Source: Candidatus Tenderia sp.
Lineage (GTDB): Bacteria > Pseudomonadota > Gammaproteobacteria > Tenderiales > Tenderiaceae
DNA length: 64,000 bases
Reading direction: 5' to 3'
NCBI GenBank assembly: GCA_031416075.1
Contig: JANOSY010000087.1
Location: 22,977-86,976, forward strand
Shown: positions 8,694 to 17,089 of the stretch, piece after piece
Layout: each line of letters starts with the position of its first letter
How positions within the stretch are numbered: the first letter of the stretch is position 1
The notes under the pieces: model-generated
The model's input: the letters and a program-made list of their open reading frames with translations, nothing else
What the model was told of the DNA's origin: nothing
The model's database searches: none
Program-made: the position numbers and the translations under genes

Positions 8694-10385
8694 ATGGCTG
8701 CCGTGCGTTTAGGGGATCTGCTGATTGAGAAAGGGTTAATTACCCAAGATCAGTTACGCATCGCGTTAATGGAGCAGAAGCGTCAAAATCAGCCATTGGG
8801 CAAGATTCTGGTTAAAATTGGCTTTATCAGTGAGTCGATGATGCGCGATGCTCTAGGCGATCAGTTGGGGCAGGAGAGTGTAGACCTGACCAAGGTGGTG
8901 CCTGATCGTGAAGCGATTAAAATTATCCCTATGGATCACGCCCGTCGTTATCGCTTGTTACCCATAACATTTGATCCTGAAAAAAATGTGCTGACAGTGG
9001 CAATGGCTGACACCTTTAACGTGGTGGCGCTTGATCAAACAGTTGCACTGATCGGCGAGTTGATTGATATCAGGCCGATGTTGGCATCGGAGAGTGAGAT
9101 TGAGACCGCTATTGATCAGTTCTATGGTCATGAGCTTTCAGTTGACGGTATTTTGAATGAGCTTGATACCGGTGTCATTGATTACAAAAGTCTACGCGCT
9201 GATACCGATGAATATAGCCAGCCGTTGGTACGACTGGTCAATGCAATGTTGATGGATGCGGTGAAACATGGCGCTTCCGATATTCACTTCGAACCGGAAG
9301 AGGGGTTCCTGCGGGTCAGGTACCGCATCGACGGGGTGTTGATCCAGGTGCAGACGCTGCACAAAAACTACTGGTCGGGCATCGCCGTACGGCTCAAGGT
9401 CATCTCCGGCATGGATATCGCCGAGACCCGCGCGCCGCAGGATGGCCGCATCTCGCTCAATCTGGCAGGCAAGGCGGTCGATTTCCGTGTCGCCTCACAA
9501 CCCACCACCCACGGTGAAAACATTGTCCTGCGCGTGCTCGACCGCGAGAAGGGGATCGTGGCGCTCGACAAGCTGGGGCTCACCGACGACACCCTGATCC
9601 TGCTGCGGCTGATGATGGCGCGTCCCGAAGGTATCATCATGGTGACGGGGCCGACCGGCAGCGGCAAGACCACCACGCTCTACTCCATGCTCAACTCCAT
9701 GAACAGCGAGTCGGTCAACATCATGACCCTCGAAGACCCGGTTGAATATCCGATGGCGATGATCCGCCAGACGGCGGTCAACGAGGCGGTCAAACTCGAT
9801 TTTGCCAACGGTATCCGTTCGATGATGCGGCAGGACCCGGACATCATCCTGGTGGGCGAGATCCGCGACGAGGATACCGCCACCATGGCCTTTCGTGCCG
9901 CCATGACCGGCCATCAGGTCTTCACTACGCTGCACACCAACTCGGCGCTCGGCTCTATCCCCCGGCTGCTCGACATCGGCGTCAAACCCGACATCATGGC
10001 CGGCAACATCATTGGCGTGGTGGCCCAGCGGCTGATACGGCGGCTCTGCCCGCACTGCAAACAGCCCAAGGAGCCTGACGAGATCGAACGGCTGCTGCTT
10101 GGCATTGGCGCGGATGAATCGGCCACGCTGTTCCTGCCGGTCGGTTGTCCGAAGTGCAATCTCCGTGGTTACAAGGGGCGGCTGAGCCTGATGGAGGTGC
10201 TGAAGATGGACAAGATGCTGGATGAGCTGATCTCGCGCCGCGCCTCGATTCGTGAACTGCATGAGATGGCGCTGTCGAAGGGGTTCCGGCCGCTGGCCGA
10301 AGATGGTATCCGCTATGTGCTCAACGGCGTCACCAGTCTTGATGAGGTCAGCCGTGTTGTCGATCTGACCGACCGGGTGATGTGA
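8694..10385 (+). CDS. mshE: GspE/PilB/MshE assembly ATPase with N-terminal MshEN c-di-GMP-binding motif
   Basis: RLGDLLIEKGLITQDQLRIALMEQ; GPTGSGKT; TLEDPVE; RQDPDIILVGEIRD; CPHC/CPKC zinc motif. Confidence 0.92.
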   Translation: MAAVRLGDLLIEKGLITQDQLRIALMEQKRQNQPLGKILVKIGFISESMMRDALGDQLGQESVDLTKVVPDREAIKIIPMDHARRYRLLPITFDPEKNVLTVAMADTFNVVALDQTVALIGELIDIRPMLASESEIETAIDQFYGHELSVDGILNELDTGVIDYKSLRADTDEYSQPLVRLVNAMLMDAVKHGASDIHFEPEEGFLRVRYRIDGVLIQVQTLHKNYWSGIAVRLKVISGMDIAETRAPQDGRISLNLAGKAVDFRVASQPTTHGENIVLRVLDREKGIVALDKLGLTDDTLILLRLMMARPEGIIMVTGPTGSGKTTTLYSMLNSMNSESVNIMTLEDPVEYPMAMIRQTAVNEAVKLDFANGIRSMMRQDPDIILVGEIRDEDTATMAFRAAMTGHQVFTTLHTNSALGSIPRLLDIGVKPDIMAGNIIGVVAQRLIRRLCPHCKQPKEPDEIERLLLGIGADESATLFLPVGCPKCNLRGYKGRLSLMEVLKMDKMLDELISRRASIRELHEMALSKGFRPLAEDGIRYVLNGVTSLDEVSRVVDLTDRVM

Positions 10386-11590
10386 TGGCGGCATTTCTCT
10401 ATCGGGCGATCAATGAAGCGGGCAAGGTGACCAAGGGGCGGCTCGACGCCGTCAACGAGACCGATCTTGAACACCGCCTGGCGATCATGAAGCTCGATCT
10501 GCTGAGCGTCAAAGAGGTGCGTACCAGCAGCTCCCTCTTCAGCAAAGGCAAAATTTCACGTAAAGATCTGATCGGTTTCTGTTTCCACATGGAACAGATG
10601 ACACGGGTCGGGGTGCCGATCGTCGAGGCGCTGACGGATCTGCGCGACAGCATCGACAACCCCCAGTTTCGCGAAATCCTCTCCGCCATGGTCGCCTCGA
10701 TTCAGGGCGGCAAGACCTTCTCCGGGTCCATGGAGGAGTTTCCGCGCGCCTTCGACGAGGTCTTTGTCAATCTGGTGCGGGTCGGTGAACACAGCGGCGA
10801 ACTGAACAAGGTGCTGCTCAACCTTACCGAGACACTGAAGTGGCAGGATGAGCTGGCCTCGCAGACCAAAAAGGTGGTGATGTACCCCCTCTTTGTCGGC
10901 ACCGTGGTGATGGCGGTGATCTTCTTTTTGATGATCTACCTGGTGCCGCAGATGGTTGGTTTTATCCAGAACATGGGCCATGAGATCCCGATGCATACAC
11001 GGGTGCTGATCATGGTCTCAGGCTTCTTCACCCAATTCTGGTATCTGGTGCTCTTCACCCCGCCGACGCTCTTTTTTGGCATCAGCTATCTGGCCAGAAC
11101 CAAACCGGCGGTGCGTTACCGGATCGACGGCATCAAGCTGCGTCTCTGGCTGGTGGGGCCGATCCTGCGCAAGATTATTCTCAGCCGCTTCGCCAGTTAT
11201 TTCGCCCTGCTCTACGCCTCGGGCGTGACCGTACTGGATGGCATGAAAATCAGTGAAGATATTGTCGGCAACAAGGTGGTCGCCGCAGCCTTGCGGCAGG
11301 CGCGCCAGCAGATTGCCGATGGTAAAAACATGAGCGAGAGTTTCTCCAACGTCGGTCTGTTTCCGCCACTGGTGCTGCGCATGATCAAGATTGGCGAGAG
11401 CACCGGCGGGCTCGATACGGCGCTGCTGAATGTCAGTTATTTCTATAATCGTGATGTCAAAGACGCCATCGAAAAGCTGCAAACCATGATTGAACCGATG
11501 ATGACGGTGGTGCTGGGGTTGATCCTGGGGTGGGTCATGCTCTCCGTGCTGGGACCGATATACGACATCATCAGCAAGATAAAGATGTGA
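10382..11590 (+). CDS. GspF/PilC/MshG inner-membrane platform protein
   Basis: Two T2SSF repeats (VRVGEHSGEL, IKIGESTGGL), three TMs. Confidence 0.92.
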   Translation: MMAAFLYRAINEAGKVTKGRLDAVNETDLEHRLAIMKLDLLSVKEVRTSSSLFSKGKISRKDLIGFCFHMEQMTRVGVPIVEALTDLRDSIDNPQFREILSAMVASIQGGKTFSGSMEEFPRAFDEVFVNLVRVGEHSGELNKVLLNLTETLKWQDELASQTKKVVMYPLFVGTVVMAVIFFLMIYLVPQMVGFIQNMGHEIPMHTRVLIMVSGFFTQFWYLVLFTPPTLFFGISYLARTKPAVRYRIDGIKLRLWLVGPILRKIILSRFASYFALLYASGVTVLDGMKISEDIVGNKVVAAALRQARQQIADGKNMSESFSNVGLFPPLVLRMIKIGESTGGLDTALLNVSYFYNRDVKDAIEKLQTMIEPMMTVVLGLILGWVMLSVLGPIYDIISKIKM

Positions 11591-11591
11591 C

Positions 11592-13133
11592 ATGGCCGTC
11601 GAACGAATCTTCTACGTAACCGCAACAGAACTCAGCGTCCTCCATTGCGCCAGTGGAGCGGTGTTGCCGCTCGCCAGGTTTGAACTCAACGACGAAGGGG
11701 TGGCGGCCTTTTCTGACTACATCATGGCGGATGCCGACCACGCCAGCGCGGTGCTGGTGGATGTGATCGAAGAGGAGTTTCGCATCGAAAATGTGCCCCA
11801 CGCCAGGGGGGCGGATCGTCACCGTCTGCTGGACAGAAAGGCCGCCGCTCTGTTTCGCGGTCTGGACTTCAGGAGCGCCCAGGTGATCGGGCGTGAGTCC
11901 GGCGGGCGGCGTGATGATCAGGTGCTCTTTTCGGCCATCAACAAACCTGAGGTGCTGGAGCGTTGGCTCAAGGCGCTGCGTCTGGCCAAGGTGCCACTCA
12001 CCGGCGTCTATTCGGTGTCGATGTTGGGCGCGTCGCTGATCAATAAACAGAGGCTCAAACATGACAATACCCTGCTCCTCACCATTCAGAACGGCCGTCT
12101 GTTACGGCAGAGTTTTTTCAGCAACGGCAAACTCAAACTCAGTCGTCTGACACCGTTGACCGCGACCGACGCGGCGGGGTTTGTGAGTGGCGTGGTCAAT
12201 GAAGTTGATCGCATGAAACGTTATCTCGGTCGCTTGCAGCTGCTCAACTTCAAGCAGCCGATTGAGGTCTACCTGCTGAGTGGCGGCGAGCAGTTGCAAC
12301 ACATGCAACAGGGGTGCCGTAATGAGCCGCAGCTCAATTACCATTTTCTCGATCTCAACCAGATCGCTGCCGGGGTGGGGTTGAAGCAGCCACCGGCGGC
12401 GGAGGCGTGCGAGAAATATTTCGCCCATCTGTTGAGCCGCAAACTCCCCGACGCCAACTATGTTCAGCCCGGTGAGCAGCGCTACTACCTCCAGTACCGC
12501 ATGCGGCGCTGGGTGGTGGCGGCCAGCATTCTGCTGGTATCGGCATCGCTGTTGTGGAGTGTGGCGGATATTCATGCCGGCCAGGATCTCGCCAGCAAGG
12601 CGGAGCGGATTGCCGCAGAGACCGCGCAGATGCAGAGCGAATATGAGATGGCGCTGGCGAACATGCCAGCGGTCGATTATCCACCCCGTGTCATGCGCGC
12701 CACGGTTGAGGCCAACCAGCAGCTGGCCGGGCATAAACCAAAATCGCTGGCTGTTCTGGCGATGATCGGTGCAAGCCTGGCGGCATATCCAAACATTGAG
12801 CTTGACCAGCTCCGTTGGGGACTGTTTCAGGAGGCGGGCGCAGTGGATGAAAACGGCGTGGCGCTGGTGGCCGATGGCATAACGGAGTCGGTCACCATCA
12901 AGGCGCACCTGAAGGCGTTCCCCGCCAACTACCAGGCGGCCTTCAAACAGGTTGAGGCGTTGATGGCGACGCTCAAACAGAACCCCGCTATCGCCACGGT
13001 GGCGGCAGTTGGCCTGCCGCTGAATACCGACCCAGCATCGCTGCTGGTGGGTGAGTCACGCCACAACGACGAAACCCCGCAGGCCAGTTTTGAACTGGCG
13101 ATCAAATTGAAGGGGGCCGTCCATGAGATTTAG
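11592..13133 (+). CDS. Pilus alignment-complex protein (PilM/PilN-like fusion)
   Basis: Cytoplasmic domain, one TM, coiled coil and periplasmic domain; operon position. Confidence 0.6.
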   Translation: MAVERIFYVTATELSVLHCASGAVLPLARFELNDEGVAAFSDYIMADADHASAVLVDVIEEEFRIENVPHARGADRHRLLDRKAAALFRGLDFRSAQVIGRESGGRRDDQVLFSAINKPEVLERWLKALRLAKVPLTGVYSVSMLGASLINKQRLKHDNTLLLTIQNGRLLRQSFFSNGKLKLSRLTPLTATDAAGFVSGVVNEVDRMKRYLGRLQLLNFKQPIEVYLLSGGEQLQHMQQGCRNEPQLNYHFLDLNQIAAGVGLKQPPAAEACEKYFAHLLSRKLPDANYVQPGEQRYYLQYRMRRWVVAASILLVSASLLWSVADIHAGQDLASKAERIAAETAQMQSEYEMALANMPAVDYPPRVMRATVEANQQLAGHKPKSLAVLAMIGASLAAYPNIELDQLRWGLFQEAGAVDENGVALVADGITESVTIKAHLKAFPANYQAAFKQVEALMATLKQNPAIATVAAVGLPLNTDPASLLVGESRHNDETPQASFELAIKLKGAVHEI

Positions 13134-13743
13134 CCCCGACTGGCGCTATCTGCGTCCGGCGCTGCTGGTGCTGGCGATGGCGCTGTTGTTTGCTGTAGCG
13201 CTGAAGCTGATCGGTTACAGCTATCTGGGCCAGATGACGCAGTTGCATGAACAGAAAAATGGCGAACATAGCGAGGCCCAGGCCAAGCTCACCACCCTGC
13301 GTGAAGATGGGCAGATCATCACCGACTACCGTGAACGGTTTTCCACGCTGGCGCGTGCGGGGCTGTTTGATGCCAAAAAACGCGTCGAGTGGGTCGATGC
13401 GGTGAATGGCGCCCGGCGCGCGATGAAACTGCCGCTGGTGCGTTACCAGATCTCGCCGCAATCGATTTTTCAGCCGGGCTATCTGCCGGTGGATGAACAT
13501 GTCAGTGTCATGTCGAGCAACGTCAAGCTTGAGGCTGGCCTGTTGCATGAGGGGGATCTCGTCGATCTGTTCGCCTGGATGGAGCGTTATGTGCCGGGGC
13601 AGCTGCATCTGTCGCAGTGCGAGATGAGCCGCACGGAACAGTATTTCGGTTATTACGTTGATCGACCAAATCTGAATGTGGTCTGCGATCTGAACTGGTT
13701 GACGATGGCGCCACAACCGCATGAGGCCGCCCATGGTGGTTAG
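13123..13743 (+). CDS. Pilus alignment protein (PilO-like)
   Basis: N-terminal TM, coiled coil, LLHEGDL motif; overlaps neighbours. Confidence 0.55.
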   Translation: MRFSPDWRYLRPALLVLAMALLFAVALKLIGYSYLGQMTQLHEQKNGEHSEAQAKLTTLREDGQIITDYRERFSTLARAGLFDAKKRVEWVDAVNGARRAMKLPLVRYQISPQSIFQPGYLPVDEHVSVMSSNVKLEAGLLHEGDLVDLFAWMERYVPGQLHLSQCEMSRTEQYFGYYVDRPNLNVVCDLNWLTMAPQPHEAAHGG

Positions 13744-14242
13744 GATGCGACGGATAAGCACGGTGTTGTTGCTGGCGCTGAGCGGACTCTGTCAGGCGCA
13801 AACGGCCGCGCCGGAGCTGGGGAGTCTCTTTACCAATACCACTGAACGACAAACATTGAGTCGTATGCGCAGTGAAAATCTGCTCCAGGTCGATGTCTCA
13901 TCGCCGTCGCCGTCGCCGTCGCCGTCGTTGCCGTTGTCGGCGACACCAGCAGCGCCCTCTGAAAAACGGTCACAATCGATTGTGATTAACGGTCTGGTTC
14001 AGCATGGCAACCGTGACGGAGTGGTCTGGATCAACGGCGAGCGGGTGGATGGCGCCAGCGGCCCGGACGAGGTGCGTGTCTACTCCAGCACTGGCCGTGA
14101 CGGCAAGGTGGTTGTCGGAGTGATGAACCGTCGTGCGGTCGCACTAAAACCGGGCCAGCGATTACAGGTTGATAATGGCAAGGTCGAAGAGAGTTATGAG
14201 GCGGATGTAAAAAATGTTGAGGCGACGGTAGTCGAGCCATGA
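13733..14242 (+). CDS. Exported pilus accessory protein (PilP/GspC-like position)
   Basis: Signal peptide, LGSLFT..ER..L motif, SPSPSPS linker from (TCGCCG)x4, VWINGE; start uncertain. Confidence 0.55.
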   Translation: MVVRMRRISTVLLLALSGLCQAQTAAPELGSLFTNTTERQTLSRMRSENLLQVDVSSPSPSPSPSLPLSATPAAPSEKRSQSIVINGLVQHGNRDGVVWINGERVDGASGPDEVRVYSSTGRDGKVVVGVMNRRAVALKPGQRLQVDNGKVEESYEADVKNVEATVVEP

Positions 14243-15378
14243 GGCCAGCGGTGCAGAACAGAAATAGAGAGCAGGGCTTCACACTCGCCGAGATGGCGGT
14301 GGTGGTGGTGATTGCCGGTATTTTGCTGGTGGCGGGCGTCAAGGTGCTCACCGCCCAGATGGACAGCGCCTCCTACAGTGCAACGCGGACAAAACAGGAG
14401 ATGATCAAACAGGCGTTGATCACCTACCTCGGCAACAACCGGCGTCTGCCCTGCCCGGATACCCGCAACGGCAACGGCCCGGGTGCACTTACATTCACCA
14501 CGGCAGCACCGCCCGATGGCATCGAAAACCGGGCCACGGCCGGTAATGTGACAACAATCTGCGCCGCGACTTTTGGAGTTATTCCTTATGCAACGTTGGG
14601 ATTGGCGCGCGAGGTGGCGGTGGATGGCTGGGGCAATCTCTTTGCCTATCACCTTTCCACCGCACCAAACAATTGGGCGCTGACGGCCAACTTTGCGGAT
14701 ACCAACAGCGGGGCGATCACGATTAGTGAGCGCAATGGTGCCGGAGCGGTTGCGCTGCTGATCTCAACGGTCGTTGTAAATATTGTTTCATATGGCAAAA
14801 ATGGCAATGGCGCATTTACCATCAAAGGCACACGTGCGGTCTTGCCGGTGGCGGCCACCAACCCGGATGAACGCGAAAATAGCGATGGCAATACAACCTA
14901 TTTCAAGCGTGAATACAGCGACAATACGGCGATAGCGGGTGGGTCGTTTGATGACCTAGTGATGTTTGTCACGACGGCGGATCTGATAACGCCGTTGCGG
15001 CGTGATGGAACCTTGCAGAGCATGAGTGCAACAGTGGTGCAGCAACAGGAGAGTATCAAAAACGCCATAGTCGGTTTTATGATGGGGGTGGGGTGCAACA
15101 TGCCCGCAAACATCACAACGGCACTTGGATTGTCGGTTAGCAGTATCACCGACCCTTGGGGCACGATTATTAGTTTTCCAGGCGCGGGGGCGATTACAAC
15201 ATTGACCGCCACTGATGCCAGTCTGGTGCCGCTTGGCACGGCGGCATCCACGGCATTTACACTTACCTCCTATGGCCCCGATCGCGTCGTTGGTGGCACA
15301 GATAACATCGTGCTGACCCAAACCGTGGGGCAGTTGCGCGGTCTGCTGGGGAATGCTTATGCGATACGTTGCCCATGA
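14239..15378 (+). CDS. Large minor pilin / prepilin-type protein
   Basis: Class III signal QG|FTLAE; RLPCPD, DGWGN, DPWG and SYGPD motifs. Confidence 0.85.
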   Translation: MRPAVQNRNREQGFTLAEMAVVVVIAGILLVAGVKVLTAQMDSASYSATRTKQEMIKQALITYLGNNRRLPCPDTRNGNGPGALTFTTAAPPDGIENRATAGNVTTICAATFGVIPYATLGLAREVAVDGWGNLFAYHLSTAPNNWALTANFADTNSGAITISERNGAGAVALLISTVVVNIVSYGKNGNGAFTIKGTRAVLPVAATNPDERENSDGNTTYFKREYSDNTAIAGGSFDDLVMFVTTADLITPLRRDGTLQSMSATVVQQQESIKNAIVGFMMGVGCNMPANITTALGLSVSSITDPWGTIISFPGAGAITTLTATDASLVPLGTAASTAFTLTSYGPDRVVGGTDNIVLTQTVGQLRGLLGNAYAIRCP

Positions 15379-16013
15379 TTAACAATGAGATGAAAGGGAC
15401 CTCCACTCAATGTAACTATCTAAATCCGCAACAGCGCGGTTTCTCGCTGGTCGAGATGGCAGTGGTGCTGGTCATCATCGGGCTGCTGATCGGCGGCGTC
15501 ATGCAGGGGCAGTCGCTGATTCGTGCCGCCAAGGTGCGGGATATTATCACCACGGCGGCTGATCTCACCACGGCAGCGGCCGCGTTCAAAGGGCGTTATG
15601 GTGTGCTGCCGGGCGATGCGCCAACGGCAACCACCGAGATTCAGGGGGCGACCGGCAACGGCAATGGTGATGGGCTGATCAGCACGGCCGAGTCGGCCAA
15701 TGTGCCCAACCATCTGTTTGCAGCAGGGTTTATCAAAGGCGGGGCGATAGCGCCTATCAGGACCACCTACGGCTCCGTCTGGCTGGTGCAGCGGAGCGTG
15801 GCGATAGCGGCAGGTTCCCCCTGTGGCGTGGCCGTCAATAACACTGCCCCTGCCGCGCCGGTCAACAACTTGGTGGTATTTAGCAATCTTCCTGGCGACG
15901 CCGCTGCAGAGATCGATGGCAAGCTGGATGATGGTCTGTTCAACGCCGGTTCCATCCGTGGTTCGGTCGCCTACAGCAACGCTATCGTGCAATGTCTGGC
16001 GCTGCCACTTTAG
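15375..16013 (+). CDS. Prepilin-type protein (minor pilin)
   Basis: RG|FSLVEMAVVLVIIGLL; LPGD, GNGDG, IDGKLDDG; paralog of next gene; start uncertain. Confidence 0.85.
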   Translation: MINNEMKGTSTQCNYLNPQQRGFSLVEMAVVLVIIGLLIGGVMQGQSLIRAAKVRDIITTAADLTTAAAAFKGRYGVLPGDAPTATTEIQGATGNGNGDGLISTAESANVPNHLFAAGFIKGGAIAPIRTTYGSVWLVQRSVAIAAGSPCGVAVNNTAPAAPVNNLVVFSNLPGDAAAEIDGKLDDGLFNAGSIRGSVAYSNAIVQCLALPL

Positions 16014-16034
16014 GCCTTTGATGGCCTGTTTTTC

Positions 16035-16061
16035 TAAAGTTCTTTTATTTCGCACCGATTA
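16035..16061 (+). promoter_or_regulatory. sigma28 (FliA)-like promoter of the last pilin gene
   Basis: TAAA-GTTCTTTTATTTCGC(15)-ACCGATTA. Confidence 0.65.
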
Positions 16062-16165
16062 ACTATGCAGAGCAATGTGGGTGGTCACGTTGAGAGAAAA
16101 TATTATTGGGTGATGACACAGACTTCAGTATCCCTGAAGCACCCCTTACCAGAAGGAAGATAGTG

Positions 16166-16816
16166 ATGAGACAGAGACAAAAGGGATTTACATTGATCGA
16201 GATTGCCATCGTGCTGGTGATTATCGGACTGATCTTGGGTGGGGTGCTGAAGGGACAGGAGATGATCACTAGCAGCAAGACCAAAAATGTGGTCAAGGAC
16301 ATGGATGGTATATCGGCTGCGGTCAATACGTACATCGACAGATACCGTCGCGTGCCGGGTGACGACGGGGTGCTCGCAACATTGCAGGCCCGTGGCGGCA
16401 GCTGGGCCACCATTACTGCTGCTGGTGATAATAACGGCGTACTGGCGATCACTGCGGCACAGACCTTCACTGGCGCCGGCGGCGAGCCTGTTGCCTTCTG
16501 GCAACACCTGAAGGCCGCTGGCCTGATTGTTGGCAATGTGCCTGATATTGGCGCTGCGGCACTGCCGCGCAACGCCTTTGGCGGTCTGGTGGGGGTGACT
16601 GCGACGGGCGTAACCGGCATGATCGGCAATGCGGTGTGTATGAGCCAGATGCCCGGCAAGGGGGCCATGGCTGTTGATACGCAGCTCGATGATGGCGTGC
16701 CCAACAGCGGCGCTGTCCGTGCGACCACGGCCGTCGCTGGGCAGAATACCCCCCCGGCGGCGGCGGCAGCCGCCTACAGCGAAGCTGCCGTTTATAGCGT
16801 TTGCCGCAATCTCTGA
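16166..16816 (+). CDS. Probable major type IV pilin
   Basis: MRQRQKG|FTLIEIAIVLVIIGLILGG; own promoter, SD AAGGA and downstream hairpin; two Cys in C-terminal region. Confidence 0.85.
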   Translation: MRQRQKGFTLIEIAIVLVIIGLILGGVLKGQEMITSSKTKNVVKDMDGISAAVNTYIDRYRRVPGDDGVLATLQARGGSWATITAAGDNNGVLAITAAQTFTGAGGEPVAFWQHLKAAGLIVGNVPDIGAAALPRNAFGGLVGVTATGVTGMIGNAVCMSQMPGKGAMAVDTQLDDGVPNSGAVRATTAVAGQNTPPAAAAAAYSEAAVYSVCRNL

Positions 16817-16844
16817 CACTGAAGTATCAAGAGTGCCGCTTCAC

Positions 16845-16871
16845 ACAAGGCCCGCATCACGCGGGCCTTGT
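16845..16871 (+). terminator. Hairpin ending the pilus operon
   Basis: ACAAGGCCCGC-atcac-GCGGGCCTTGT. Confidence 0.65.
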
Positions 16872-17089
16872 CATTATTAATGTGGCGTCTGAATAGGAGA
16901 GCCATAAAGGTGCCGCACACTTTTTCTGAAAAGACGACGTGCCTGCCTTGGCCAGAGGCAGGCGTGGCAAATCAAACGTTAACCGCTGCTATTTTCTTTT
17001 GGCGTGTCAGTTGCCGCTCTGGGAGTAACAGGTTCAGGAGTCATGCCTGATATAATGCCCGACCTTTCGCCCTCCAGACCAATACCACC

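Noticed and set aside
16122-16826. Inverted 8-mers ACTTCAGT/ACTGAAGT flanking the major pilin as an invertible segment
   Set aside because: Too short to exceed chance and no recombinase nearby.
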